Shown here: piece by piece, positions 28,320 through 46,179 of the stretch
Layout: each line of letters opens with the position of its first letter
Numbering within the stretch: the first letter of the stretch is position 1
Assembly (NCBI GenBank): GCA_977020255.1
Contig: CDROCS010000506.1
Span: 3,224,001 to 3,288,000 of the forward strand
Reading direction: 5' to 3'
DNA from: Obrimoposthia wandeli
Lineage: Eukaryota
DNA: 64,000 nt
Program-made: the position numbers and the translations under genes
The notes under the pieces: generated by a model
The model's database searches: none
What the model saw: only the letters and a program-made list of their open reading frames with translations
Told to the model about the DNA's origin: nothing

Positions 28320-29483
28320 TTAATCAACCCAAATCTCTTTATATATCGCAATCATTTCGTCAACGCTTGGAACCCGAGGATTGTTATTTGGTGAACCTGA
28401 CGCTAATGCTTGTTTTGCCATTGTCGGTAGTAAATCAAAGTACTTAGTACTCTCAATACCAAATTCAGCAGGTGTCGGTACGTTAAGTTCAACATTGAGA
28501 GCCTTAAGTTCTACAATCAATTTGCCATTGGCGGCATCTGTTGAATCTGTTTCGCTTGCAATCCCCATGGCTTTAGCGCAATCAGCATAACGTTCAGGTG
28601 CTGCTGGAATAGAAAAGGCCGTCACAGCCGGTAGTAACATCGCGTTGGATAAGCCGTGCGGAACATGAAATGCAGCGCCAATGGGACGGCTCATGCCATG
28701 AACAAGTGCAACTGAAGCGTTTGAAAATGCCATTCCAGCAAGTGTAGAACCTAACATTATGTTTTCACGTGCCGTTTTGTCATTACCGTCATGATATGTT
28801 TTACGTAAATTTGGCGCGATGAGTCTCATCGCTGAGATAGCTTGTGAGTCACTAAACGTATTCGCTTTTTTACTTACATAAGCTTCTATCGCATGAGTTA
28901 ATGCATCAATGCCGGTATCCGCGGTAATTCTGGCTGGTAAGGAGAGGGTTAACTCAAAATCAACCAATGCAGCAACAGGCATGAACCCCACACCTGCGCA
29001 TAACATTTTTTCATCATTTTGTTCATCGGTGATAATCGTAAAACAAGTACATTCAGTACCAGTGCCAGCGGTCGTTGGAATTGCAATTAGGGGCAATCCT
29101 TGCTCGCTAACAACGCGAGGTACTTTATAATCACGCATTTCACCACCAAATTGTGACAACACAGAGATTGCTTTCGCGCTATCAATTGGGCTGCCACCAC
29201 CGAGTGCGATTAAGCAATCAAAATCACCACTTTTAGCTTTGTTGATACCATTTTGAATCGAAGCGACAGTCGGTTCTGGTACCGTGTCATCAAAGATCTC
29301 AGCGGCTAGATCTGATAAGGCTAATGCATTTTGAATTTGAGCTGCATAACCTAATTTAACCATCATTTTATCTGTAATAATTAAGGGTTTTGATACACCT
29401 AAATTATTTAAAACGTTAACGATGTCTTTACTTGCGCCTGCACCAATTTGCATTATGCGTGGTAATATTACTTGTGATGACAT
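28320..29483 (-). CDS. dddB: Iron-containing alcohol dehydrogenase (putative 3-hydroxypropionate dehydrogenase)
   Basis: GGGSPID, PTTAGTG, DALTHAIE, HGMSRP and HGLSNA Fe-binding motifs; cluster context. Confidence 0.87.
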   Translation of the reverse strand: MSSQVILPRIMQIGAGASKDIVNVLNNLGVSKPLIITDKMMVKLGYAAQIQNALALSDLAAEIFDDTVPEPTVASIQNGINKAKSGDFDCLIALGGGSPIDSAKAISVLSQFGGEMRDYKVPRVVSEQGLPLIAIPTTAGTGTECTCFTIITDEQNDEKMLCAGVGFMPVAALVDFELTLSLPARITADTGIDALTHAIEAYVSKKANTFSDSQAISAMRLIAPNLRKTYHDGNDKTARENIMLGSTLAGMAFSNASVALVHGMSRPIGAAFHVPHGLSNAMLLPAVTAFSIPAAPERYADCAKAMGIASETDSTDAANGKLIVELKALNVELNVPTPAEFGIESTKYFDLLPTMAKQALASGSPNNNPRVPSVDEMIAIYKEIWVD

Positions 29484-29543
29484 GACTATTTCCCTATTTG
29501 TTTATAAATAGCAGGGCGTTGACACCCCGCTATTTGGCTGTGA

Positions 29544-31103
29544 CTATTTTAGATCGGCAAGTGTTGCGGACTCAGTCGGATAATCCTCATGTAATGCCCG
29601 GATTAAGCCTATAACTGAAAGTATAATAACGAATGAGAATGGTAGCGCCGCTAATACAGAGGCGGTTTGTAATGTTTTTAAACCGCCTGCAAGTAGCAGC
29701 ACTGCTGCAGATGCGCCTATCGCACAGCCCCAGAAAATACGGTATCTTGGTAGTGGATTTTTTTCACCCATGCAGACAAGTGAACAAATAACTAATGTCG
29801 CGGAGTCTGCTGAAGTGACGAAATAGGTCACAAGCATGACGACACAAATAACAGCCATTAAGAGCGTAATGATTGAGCCTGCATCCATGGCTTCAATTGT
29901 TTTAAATAAAGCCATCGTCATGTCACTGTTTACCGCATCGATAATACCAGCACCTGCTTGTTCTAAATAAAATGCCGTAGAGCCAAATGTAGTGATCCAG
30001 AATGCGCCCATTATTGTTGGTGCAACTAAAACACCCGCGACAAATTCCCTAATCGTACGTCCTTTTGAGATACGAGCGATGAATACACCAACAAATGGTG
30101 CCCACGATAACCACCAACCCCAATAGAAAATTGTCCAATCACCTTGCCAAGAGTCATCTGGATTAGTGTTAACCCAAAAACCAAGCCCGACAACATTTGT
30201 TAAATAATCACCAAAGTTAAGTATGAATTCACTTAAAATATAAACCGTTGGTCCGAGTATTAAAAATAATACTAGGATGACAATCGTCAGCTTCATATTG
30301 ATGGTACTAATGACTTTAATACCTTTATCAACACCGAGTAATACCGAGCCGATAGCGACTACTGACACAATGGCGATAATGATGATTTGATTGACTGTCG
30401 ATACTTCAAATCCAAGTAAGTAGCTCATACCTGCATTTATTTGTTGAGCGCCAAGGCCAAGGGATGTTGCAATACCAAATACAGTACCAAACACGGCTAG
30501 ATAATCTGCTATGTGGCCTATTGGGCCATAAATTTTCTCACCAAATATCGGATATAATGCTGAACGTATCGTCAGTGGTAGTCCTTTATTATACGAAAAA
30601 TAAGATAAAGCTAAGCCAATAAGAGCGAATATAGCCCAGCCATGTAATCCCCAATGGAAAATAGTTACTCGCATCGCAACTTGCTTTGCACCTTCAGGGT
30701 CTGTCACGGCACTGACAAAGGGGTTTGATTGGTAGTGATATATGGGTTCTGCGATACTCCAGAATAGAATACCAATGGCGATACCAGCACTGAACAGCAT
30801 CGAAAACCAAGCGAAATCACTGTATTCAGGTCTGTCCGTTTCTTTGCCTAAGCGTACTTTACCAAAGCGGCTGAAAATCAACCAGATTGAGATAAACAAA
30901 AATATGCTCATTAAGCCAATGTAATACCAGCTTAAATTATCTGTAATAAATTGTTTTGAATCGTTATAAATATCATTGGCAAAATCCCCACCAACAATTG
31001 TAAAAATAATAAAAAATAAAATTAATAGCCCAGACCCAATCATCATGACTGGGTTTGAACCTTTAAAAAATCCTTCCTTCGCGATCATATTTTGATGACT
31101 CAC
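29544..31103 (-). CDS. dddT: BCCT-family (betaine/carnitine/choline) transporter, putative DMSP importer
   Basis: WFSMLFSAG, FHWGLHGW, WTIFYWGWWLSWAPFVG (aromatic box), RISKGRT, TSADS; GTG start with aaggag RBS. Confidence 0.9.
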   Translation of the reverse strand: MSHQNMIAKEGFFKGSNPVMMIGSGLLILFFIIFTIVGGDFANDIYNDSKQFITDNLSWYYIGLMSIFLFISIWLIFSRFGKVRLGKETDRPEYSDFAWFSMLFSAGIAIGILFWSIAEPIYHYQSNPFVSAVTDPEGAKQVAMRVTIFHWGLHGWAIFALIGLALSYFSYNKGLPLTIRSALYPIFGEKIYGPIGHIADYLAVFGTVFGIATSLGLGAQQINAGMSYLLGFEVSTVNQIIIIAIVSVVAIGSVLLGVDKGIKVISTINMKLTIVILVLFLILGPTVYILSEFILNFGDYLTNVVGLGFWVNTNPDDSWQGDWTIFYWGWWLSWAPFVGVFIARISKGRTIREFVAGVLVAPTIMGAFWITTFGSTAFYLEQAGAGIIDAVNSDMTMALFKTIEAMDAGSIITLLMAVICVVMLVTYFVTSADSATLVICSLVCMGEKNPLPRYRIFWGCAIGASAAVLLLAGGLKTLQTASVLAALPFSFVIILSVIGLIRALHEDYPTESATLADLK

Positions 31104-31582
31104 AAATAGCTCCTTAGATTATGTATCAATATTATTACCTACCAACAATGTCATATATCAGCGTATTGAATTTCGGTTTTAATACGTAATTCACAACAAT
31201 GAAAACACTGTTAAAAATGTTAACAAAGTGATGCTTAAAATTAATATCCGGTCATGAATTTAGTGTTTGCATTGTTAAGCAGTTACCTGAGATTGAAAAG
31301 TAATTTAAATCACCTCTATGACCATAGTTTTTTTATAGTTATAAAACAGCATGTTAAAGGTACCCATTAGGAGGTGCTTTGTTGTTTTTAAATAAAAGTC
31401 AAAGATTTTAAAACCAGAATATGAGACTTGTCACTTTATTTTTAGCCATAAAAAAAAACATACCTAAGGTTAAATTTTTGTTGCTGGTCTGTTTTTTATT
31501 TTGCTAATAGTATCCGTTTGAAAGAACACGGTATTAATAATTTACATCATAAAATCGAACTTCATATAATTGGAATCTAATC

Positions 31583-34138
31583 ATGACAACTCAAATTCAG
31601 TTACCACTTAAAGGTATTTCTATTATCGATTTTGGTCAGCAAATTGCTGGCCCGGGTGCAGCAATGATTTTTGCTGACTTAGGCGCAACGGTCATTCATA
31701 TTGATCCACCGACTGGTCCGCTTTGGGATCATCCAGCCAACGCCATATTGAACCGTAATAAGAGCTGTCTTCGTTTAGACTTGAAAGATCCAACTCAGCG
31801 TAAAGAAGCACTGGCTCTAATAGCCAAAGCTGATGTTGTACTCGAGAGTTTTCGTCCTGGTGTCATGAAGAGATTAGGTATTGATTTTGAACTGCTACGT
31901 CAGGAAAATCCGGCGTTGGTTACATTATCAATACCAGGGTTTGCAAGTAATGATGAATTACGTAGTGGTTGGAAAGCAACAGAGGCAGTCGTTTCTGCAG
32001 CATCTGGTGCGTTTAGTGATATGGGCTACAACCGAGTATTAATGGGATTAAATCCTAGCTTTTCGCCATTACCATTAGGTTCTTCATACGCAACCGTACT
32101 TGCCGCAAGCTCTGTTATTTTGGCGCTTTATGCCAGAGAAAAAAGCGGGCGAGGTGATCATATAGAGGTGCCCATTGTTGCAGCGCTAATGGAAGGCTTA
32201 TCATATAATTCTTATGTTGTTGAAAATTTACCAAATCGTTATAAAACAATGCGTGATCATGAAATTGAATATCGTCAAGCAAACAATATAGAAATGGATT
32301 TAAGTTACGAGGATCTTCAAGAGTACTTAGACCCATTTTATCGTACATATTTATGTGCAGATGGGCGCATGTTTTATTGTGTTTGCCCATCACATCGAAA
32401 TCATGCCAAACGAGCATTAAAGGCATTAGGCATCTATGAAGAGCTTATTCGTGATGGTTTACCTGAAGTTGACAACCTACATTTACCAACAAATGAATGG
32501 GATGGAGAAACATCAATAGGTGTTTATCCACTCCCTAAAAAATGGGCTGATATTATATCCACAAAAATGAAAGTCGCATTCCTTACAAAGACATCTGAAG
32601 AGTGGGGGACTATTTTTGGTGAAGGTAAAATTCCTGGTGCACCGCACCGTACTACGCAAGAATGGGTGAACAGCGAGCATTGTGCAAAATCAGGCCTTAT
32701 TGTTACAGTCGAAGATTCACAGTACGGATCAATGAAGCAGCCCGGTCCAATAGCCTGGTTGGAGGAATGTGCTACAGATATGGTCGCACCGGTAGCGCGT
32801 GAGGATGTGAGTGCTGCACGTGCTTTAGATTTATTATCTGTCAACGAAGCTGCTCGTGATTTACCGGAAGTTTCCGCCGTTGTGAGCCAAAAAGGTTGGC
32901 TAGACGGAATTAAAATCCTAGACCTCACTAATGTTATCGCTGGACCACATGCTGCTGCGTTACTTACTCGTTTTGGCGCAGAAGTAACAAAGGTTGATAC
33001 TGTATCTCCTATGTATGATCCATTGATCGGGACGTTTTTTACTTTCCTAACGAATATGGGTAAAAAGAGTGCGTTAATCGATATCATGTCTGGTAAAGGC
33101 CGTGAAGTCTTTAAGCGTTTAGTACAAGAAAGCGATATTGTTCTGATTAATGCACCAAGCAGACAAATGGTACAGTTAGGTCTGGATTCAGAAAGCCTAT
33201 TGGCGGTAAATCCTAAAATATTATTCTGCCGTTTAGATTGTTTAGGTGGTCCATTAGAGGGACCTAAAACAGACTATATTGGTTATGATGATATCATTCA
33301 GGCTAATAGTGGCATCATGAGTCGATTTGGTGGTGTGGCTACGCCAGAAGAGCATGCGCATCTAGGCACTCTAGATGTTAATTGTGGTTTTGCTGGTGGT
33401 TTAGCGATGGCAACATCATTATTTCATCTACAGCGTACTGGAGAAGTAAGTCGTGCGAGGACATCGCTTTCAGCTGTAACAAACTTAGCGCAACTTCCAT
33501 TTGCTTTTGATTATGAAGGTCGGGCACCATTTAATGAACCGTCAGGTCGTGATGCGCTGGGAAATAATGCTTTATCACACTTTTATAAAACCCAAGACGG
33601 TTGGATTTTCATTGACTCTAATACGCAAGAACAAGATAAATTAGCCACTGTTTTAGGTCTTGAAGCATTGATTGATGCGCAAGATAAAAAAGCATTTTTA
33701 ACAATCGCTTTGGCAACAAAAAAATCTCAGGCATGGATTGATGCACTACTTCCACTTGATATTGCAGCCGTCATCCCTCGTAATATTGAAGATTTACGTA
33801 AGCAATATAGTCGTGAAATAAATGGCACTGCAGGTATAGATAGAGGTAGTTATGCTTTTTCTATCTATCCTAATCATCCTAGTGGCCACAAATTAACACA
33901 AGTTGATCATTATGCTATTCGCCCAGTCGAAGCATTTATTAAATCGGTTACGCCGACTGAACGATTTGGTCATTCGACACAAGAGATTTTAGCTGGAGTT
34001 GGTTATGATAAGGCTGAGATTGCAGAGATGATTGAAGAACAAATTGCTGGTTTAGGCTGGGGTAAAGAATTTTTACCAAGTGATGGACTCACTGTTACTG
34101 TAAAAGAAGAAACTAGCGAAACGCTACAACCTGCTTAA
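31583..34138 (+). CDS. dddD: DMSP CoA-transferase/lyase (class III CoA-transferase with two fused CaiB domains)
   Basis: Two CaiB N-motifs (IIDFGQQIAGP and ILDLTNVIAGP), GYDDIIQANSG catalytic-Asp region, and long stretches matching recalled Marinomonas DddD (LDPFYRTY, HPSGH, WG.EFLPS); divergent from BCCT-ADH-MSDH-LysR. Confidence 0.93.
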   Translation: MTTQIQLPLKGISIIDFGQQIAGPGAAMIFADLGATVIHIDPPTGPLWDHPANAILNRNKSCLRLDLKDPTQRKEALALIAKADVVLESFRPGVMKRLGIDFELLRQENPALVTLSIPGFASNDELRSGWKATEAVVSAASGAFSDMGYNRVLMGLNPSFSPLPLGSSYATVLAASSVILALYAREKSGRGDHIEVPIVAALMEGLSYNSYVVENLPNRYKTMRDHEIEYRQANNIEMDLSYEDLQEYLDPFYRTYLCADGRMFYCVCPSHRNHAKRALKALGIYEELIRDGLPEVDNLHLPTNEWDGETSIGVYPLPKKWADIISTKMKVAFLTKTSEEWGTIFGEGKIPGAPHRTTQEWVNSEHCAKSGLIVTVEDSQYGSMKQPGPIAWLEECATDMVAPVAREDVSAARALDLLSVNEAARDLPEVSAVVSQKGWLDGIKILDLTNVIAGPHAAALLTRFGAEVTKVDTVSPMYDPLIGTFFTFLTNMGKKSALIDIMSGKGREVFKRLVQESDIVLINAPSRQMVQLGLDSESLLAVNPKILFCRLDCLGGPLEGPKTDYIGYDDIIQANSGIMSRFGGVATPEEHAHLGTLDVNCGFAGGLAMATSLFHLQRTGEVSRARTSLSAVTNLAQLPFAFDYEGRAPFNEPSGRDALGNNALSHFYKTQDGWIFIDSNTQEQDKLATVLGLEALIDAQDKKAFLTIALATKKSQAWIDALLPLDIAAVIPRNIEDLRKQYSREINGTAGIDRGSYAFSIYPNHPSGHKLTQVDHYAIRPVEAFIKSVTPTERFGHSTQEILAGVGYDKAEIAEMIEEQIAGLGWGKEFLPSDGLTVTVKEETSETLQPA

Positions 34139-34191
34139 TTTAGGGCTGTTATTTTCTTTAGCTAATCGATTATTAAATAAATTTGAGTCAT

Positions 34192-34225
34192 AAAAAAGGC
34201 ACTGATAATAAATATCAGTGCCTTT
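34192..34225. terminator. Bidirectional terminator at the right edge of the ddd cluster
   Basis: aaaaaaggcactgata-ataaa-tatcagtgccttt. Confidence 0.85.
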
Positions 34226-34244
34226 ACGTTTACTTAGAACTTAA

Positions 34245-35719
<1,475 letters not shown>

Positions 35720-35896
35720 CTATATTAATTAAATTATTAAGTGAGCTTTAGTAAATGGTTACTATTAGCTTACTAAAGATTACTGTGGTTAAAGTCATTA
35801 AACAGAACGTAAGAAACAAGCCAAGTGAGTATAATAGAATACCTGGCTGTACTTATTGAACTATGTTAACGAAGGTGTTTAATAAAGGTGTTTAAC

Positions 35897-35927
35897 AAAA
35901 AGGAAGCACCGATATCACTGGTGCTTC
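35897..35927 (-). terminator. Terminator between the two permeases
   Basis: gaagcacc-N9-ggtgcttc with a T-tract on the minus strand. Confidence 0.75.
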
Positions 35928-35943
35928 ATGATGTAATTCACTC

Positions 35944-37476
<1,533 letters not shown>

Positions 37477-37502
37477 TTATTATTTATGTAGCTAGTACTT
37501 AG

Positions 37503-41212
<3,710 letters not shown>

Positions 41213-41250
41213 CTAAAGTTTTAGTAAAACAAATAAAAATGTTGTTTTAG

Positions 41251-41266
41251 TTTTAACTTGATCACA
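41251..41266. promoter_or_regulatory. Putative CRP site upstream of ebgA
   Basis: Minus strand TGTGA-tcaagt-TAAAA versus consensus TGTGA-N6-TCACA. A second candidate, TGTGA-tgtaga-TCTAG, lies at 41337-41352. Confidence 0.5.
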
Positions 41267-41566
41267 CTTGATGGTGAGGTTTGTGAGCTGGCTAACGTTA
41301 ACTAGAGGTTTCGATGTGACGAGCTTGTGGTGCTAATGTGATGTAGATCTAGTAATGTTAATGCGTAATTTTAAATGTTAATAACGGATTGGTTGATAAA
41401 GAAAGTCGAATGAAAATTAAAGGCAGAGTTAAAGGTAGATTTAAGGCCGGGTTTGATGAGGATTTAATGAAGGTTTAATGGGGCGTTCAAGGAAGAAAAG
41501 GCGATTTGAAGGAAAATAGCAGCGTAGTCATACACTGCTTTATTTCATTATTGAGGTGTTTAAGGC

Positions 41567-42562
<996 letters not shown>

Positions 42563-42646
42563 TCATCCTCCAGCCCAGTCATATTATTCTTTATAGGGTA
42601 GTTATTTTACGGAAAAAATGATGATTTTGATACCTAAATCTCACTT

Positions 42647-42665
42647 TTAGTAAAATGTTTACTAA
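42647..42665. promoter_or_regulatory. Perfect palindrome, candidate EbgR operator
   Basis: TTAGTAAA-atg-TTTACTAA in the ebgR-galE divergent spacer; a matching half-site TTAGTAAA lies at 41221 upstream of ebgA. Confidence 0.5.
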
Positions 42666-42680
42666 TTGGTGGTTGTTTTT

Positions 42681-42696
42681 GTGGAAACGTTTACAT
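42681..42696. promoter_or_regulatory. GalR/GalS-type operator upstream of galE
   Basis: GTGGAAACGTTTACAT fits the gal operator pattern GTG(G/T)AA.CG.TT(A/C)CA(C/T). Confidence 0.8.
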
Positions 42697-42767
42697 TTGA
42701 GCGGTAGGGTAGTCAAATATCTTATAGATTTACCTATTTTGTGTTCAAAATTACGGGAGAATTCATT

Positions 42768-43778
42768 GTGAAAGTACTGGTAACAGGTGGCATGGGCTAC
42801 ATCGGTAGTCATACATGTGTACAGATGATTGCTGCGGGCATCGAGCCTATCATTATCGATAATTTAGATAATAGTAAATTAGCTGTACTCGATCGTATTG
42901 AAGCATTAACGCAGGTGCGCCCTGTTTTCTATCAGGGAGATGTGCGTGATGAAGCCTTTCTCGACCGTATTTTCACTGAACACACTATTGCATCGGTTAT
43001 TCATTTTGCTGGATTGAAAGCCGTCGGTGAATCAGTACAAAAACCGCTGGAATATTACGACAACAATGTAAACGGATCTTTAGTTTTGGCGCGATCAATG
43101 CGTAAAGCCAATGTGAAAAGCATTGTATTTAGCTCTTCGGCTACCGTGTATGGCGATCCTGCGATTGTTCCTATTACCGAAGATTCCCCAACGGGTGCCA
43201 CAACCAATCCTTATGGCCGTAGTAAATACATCATTGAAGAATGTTATTCAGATCTGTTTGCTGCAGATAATGATTGGAGCATTACGTTATTGCGTTATTT
43301 CAATCCGGTTGGCGCGCATCCGTCTGGCACTATGGGGGAGGATCCTCAAGGGATCCCGAATAACTTAATGCCATTTATTGCCCAAGTTGCTGTTGGTCGT
43401 CGTGAATCTCTGTCGGTATTTGGCGATGACTATCCAACACCTGATGGTACTGGCGTTCGTGATTATATCCACGTGATGGATTTAGCCGATGGCCACATTG
43501 CCGCATTAACCACTGTGGGTGCCAAGTCCGGTCTACATATTTACAACCTCGGTACTGGCACTGGTTCAAGTGTATTAGAAATGGTCAATGCGTTTGCACA
43601 AGCCTCTGGTCAGCCTATCCCATATCAAGTATGTCCACGTCGCGCTGGTGATATTGCCGAGTGTTGGGCAAGCACAGCAAAAGCAGAAAAAGATTTAGGT
43701 TGGAAAGCCAGCCGCAATGTAATGGAAATGAGTGCTGATACGTGGCGCTGGCAGTCAACTAATCCACAAGGATATTAA
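42768..43778 (+). CDS. galE: UDP-glucose 4-epimerase
   Basis: GTG start [35 protein letters not shown]. Confidence 0.97.
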   Translation: MKVLVTGGMGYIGSHTCVQMIAAGIEPIIIDNLDNSKLAVLDRIEALTQVRPVFYQGDVRDEAFLDRIFTEHTIASVIHFAGLKAVGESVQKPLEYYDNNVNGSLVLARSMRKANVKSIVFSSSATVYGDPAIVPITEDSPTGATTNPYGRSKYIIEECYSDLFAADNDWSITLLRYFNPVGAHPSGTMGEDPQGIPNNLMPFIAQVAVGRRESLSVFGDDYPTPDGTGVRDYIHVMDLADGHIAALTTVGAKSGLHIYNLGTGTGSSVLEMVNAFAQASGQPIPYQVCPRRAGDIAECWASTAKAEKDLGWKASRNVMEMSADTWRWQSTNPQGY

Positions 43779-43782
43779 GCTT

Positions 43783-44859
43783 ATGTCTAGTTTAGAGTCT
43801 ACTCAAGAATGTAATGAAAAGTTTAACCCAATTGATCATCCGCACCGTCGTTATAACCCGTTAACTGGGCAATGGATCTTAGTATCACCGCACCGAGCAA
43901 AGCGCCCGTGGAGTGGTCAAGATGAAGCACCAGATACGGCTGAATTATTGACGTATGACAAGGACTGTTTCTTATGTCCAACTAACAAGCGTATCTCTGG
44001 TGATGAAAATCCAAATTACGCCGGCACTTATGTATTTAGCAATGACTTTGCCGCGTTAATGCCTGATTCACCTGCAGCGCCTAAATCAACTAATCCGTTG
44101 TTTAAAACTGAAGGTGTACGTGGCTTAAGTCGCGTTATTTGTTTTTCACCGGATCACAGCAAGACACTACCAGAACTGCCAACTGAAAAGATACGCGGCG
44201 TGATTGATACCTGGAATGAACAAATTGAAGAATTAGGTAAAGAATATCTGTGGGTACAAGCGTTCGAGAATAAAGGCGCTGCAATGGGCTGTTCGCAACC
44301 GCATCCACACGGACAAGTATGGGCGAATAGTTTTTTACCTAACGAAATTGAACGTAAAGAAAAGCTACTGAAAGCGTATCAGCAAGAACACGGTTCGAAC
44401 TTATTAGTCGATTACGTGGCATCAGAATTACAAGACGGTGAACGTACAGTCGTTGAAACCGAACATTGGCTTGCGGTTGTACCATATTGGGCGGCGTGGC
44501 CGTTTGAAACAATGTTGTTGCCCAAAACACATATCCGCCGCATGAGCGAATTAACTGAAGCGCAGCGCGATGATTTAGCGTTAGCGATTAAGAAACTGAC
44601 TTGCCGTTATGACAATCTGTTTCAATGTTCATTCCCTTATTCAATGGGTTGGCATTACGCACCGTTCTTTGAAGAAGGCACGGATATAGAACATTGGCAA
44701 TTACACGCATTATTCTATCCGCCGCTATTACGCTCTGCATCAGTGCGTAAATTCATGGTGGGTTATGAAATGTTAGCTGAAAGCCAGCGCGATTTAACCG
44801 CCGAGCAAGCTGCGCAAAAACTGCGTGATGTCAGCGACGTACATTATAAAGATCAGTAA
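43783..44859 (+). CDS. galT: Galactose-1-phosphate uridylyltransferase
   Basis: [16 protein letters not shown], catalytic HPH in [10 protein letters not shown]. Start refined to 43783. Confidence 0.97.
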   Translation: MSSLESTQECNEKFNPIDHPHRRYNPLTGQWILVSPHRAKRPWSGQDEAPDTAELLTYDKDCFLCPTNKRISGDENPNYAGTYVFSNDFAALMPDSPAAPKSTNPLFKTEGVRGLSRVICFSPDHSKTLPELPTEKIRGVIDTWNEQIEELGKEYLWVQAFENKGAAMGCSQPHPHGQVWANSFLPNEIERKEKLLKAYQQEHGSNLLVDYVASELQDGERTVVETEHWLAVVPYWAAWPFETMLLPKTHIRRMSELTEAQRDDLALAIKKLTCRYDNLFQCSFPYSMGWHYAPFFEEGTDIEHWQLHALFYPPLLRSASVRKFMVGYEMLAESQRDLTAEQAAQKLRDVSDVHYKDQ

Positions 44860-44972
44860 TGATAAAGCGCCGTCATAATAAAAAAAAGTTAACAGTGAGA
44901 CTCGGTAAGCGCAGTGTAATGGCATTGCGTTCAACTAGAGATTCAGCCCCTTACAAAATGTGGAAGGCACCG

Positions 44973-46133
44973 ATGACCAATTTAATTCAAAACGTAAAAA
45001 ATGCATTTAACGCAGTACTTAATTATGCACCAACGCATATTGTGCAAGCCCCTGGTCGTGTGAACCTGATTGGTGAACATACCGATTATAACGATGGTTT
45101 TGTATTGCCTTGTGCAATCAACTATCAAACCGTGGTGGCAGCAGCAACACGTGATGACAATATCGTGCGTGTGGTTGCCGTGGATTATGATAATGCCACT
45201 GATGAGTTTGATATTACTCAGCCGATCGAGTTTCAAGACGATAAAATGTGGGCTAATTATATTCGTGGTGTGGTTAAGTGTTTGCTTGAACGTGGTTTTG
45301 AATTTAAAGGTGCCGATATTGCGGTGACAGGTAATGTGCCACAAGGGGCTGGGTTAAGCTCATCTGCGGCACTTGAAGTGGTTATCGGTCAAACGTTTAA
45401 AGAGTTATACCAGTTGAATATCACTCAAGCAGAAGTGGCCTTAAACGGTCAGCAAGCTGAGAATGAATTTGTTGGTTGTAACTGCGGCATTATGGATCAG
45501 ATGGTATCGGCAGAAGGCAATGAAAATCATGCCATGTTACTCGATTGTCGTAGCCTTGAAACAACAGCCGTATCTATGCCTGAAAACATGTCAGTAGTGA
45601 TCATCAACTCGAATAAGAAACGTGGGCTGGTGGATTCTGAATACAATACTCGCCGTGAACAATGTGAAGAAGCTGCGCGTATCTTTGGGGTTAAAGCATT
45701 ACGCGATGTCTCTATCGACACATTCAATGCCAAAGAGCATGAGCTGGATGAGATGGTCGCAAAACGTGCGCGTCACGTGATCACCGAAAATGATCGCACC
45801 GTTGAAGCGGCAAGTGTGTTGGCAGCAGGTGACATTAAACGTATGGCTGAGCTGATGGCAGAATCGCATGCGTCAATGCGTGATGATTTTGAGATCACTG
45901 TGCCGGAAGTGGATACCTTGGTTAACATCGTCAAAAACGTTATCGGCGTTGAGGGCGGTGTGCGTATGACAGGTGGTGGTTTTGGTGGTTGTATCGTTGC
46001 GTTAGTACCGCCAGCATTAGTTGATTCAGTGCGTAGTGCAGTTGAAGAATTGTATGAGCCAGCGACAGGCTTAAAAGAATCTATTTATGTGTGCCAAGCT
46101 CAAAATGGTGCTGGATTAGTATCAGCTATATAG
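44973..46133 (+). CDS. galK: Galactokinase
   Basis: [36 protein letters not shown]. Start refined to 44973. Confidence 0.97.
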   Translation: MTNLIQNVKNAFNAVLNYAPTHIVQAPGRVNLIGEHTDYNDGFVLPCAINYQTVVAAATRDDNIVRVVAVDYDNATDEFDITQPIEFQDDKMWANYIRGVVKCLLERGFEFKGADIAVTGNVPQGAGLSSSAALEVVIGQTFKELYQLNITQAEVALNGQQAENEFVGCNCGIMDQMVSAEGNENHAMLLDCRSLETTAVSMPENMSVVIINSNKKRGLVDSEYNTRREQCEEAARIFGVKALRDVSIDTFNAKEHELDEMVAKRARHVITENDRTVEAASVLAAGDIKRMAELMAESHASMRDDFEITVPEVDTLVNIVKNVIGVEGGVRMTGGGFGGCIVALVPPALVDSVRSAVEELYEPATGLKESIYVCQAQNGAGLVSAI

Positions 46134-46148
46134 GCTTAGTCTCTGCGG

Positions 46149-46178
46149 TATAGGTATAGGTATAGGTATAGGTATAGG
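46149..46178 (+). repeat. (TATAGG)5 simple sequence repeat between galK and galM
   Basis: Five perfect hexamers ending one base before the galM ATG (46180). The same hexamer spans the galK stop (46129-46134). Confidence 0.95.
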
Positions 46179-46179
46179 T

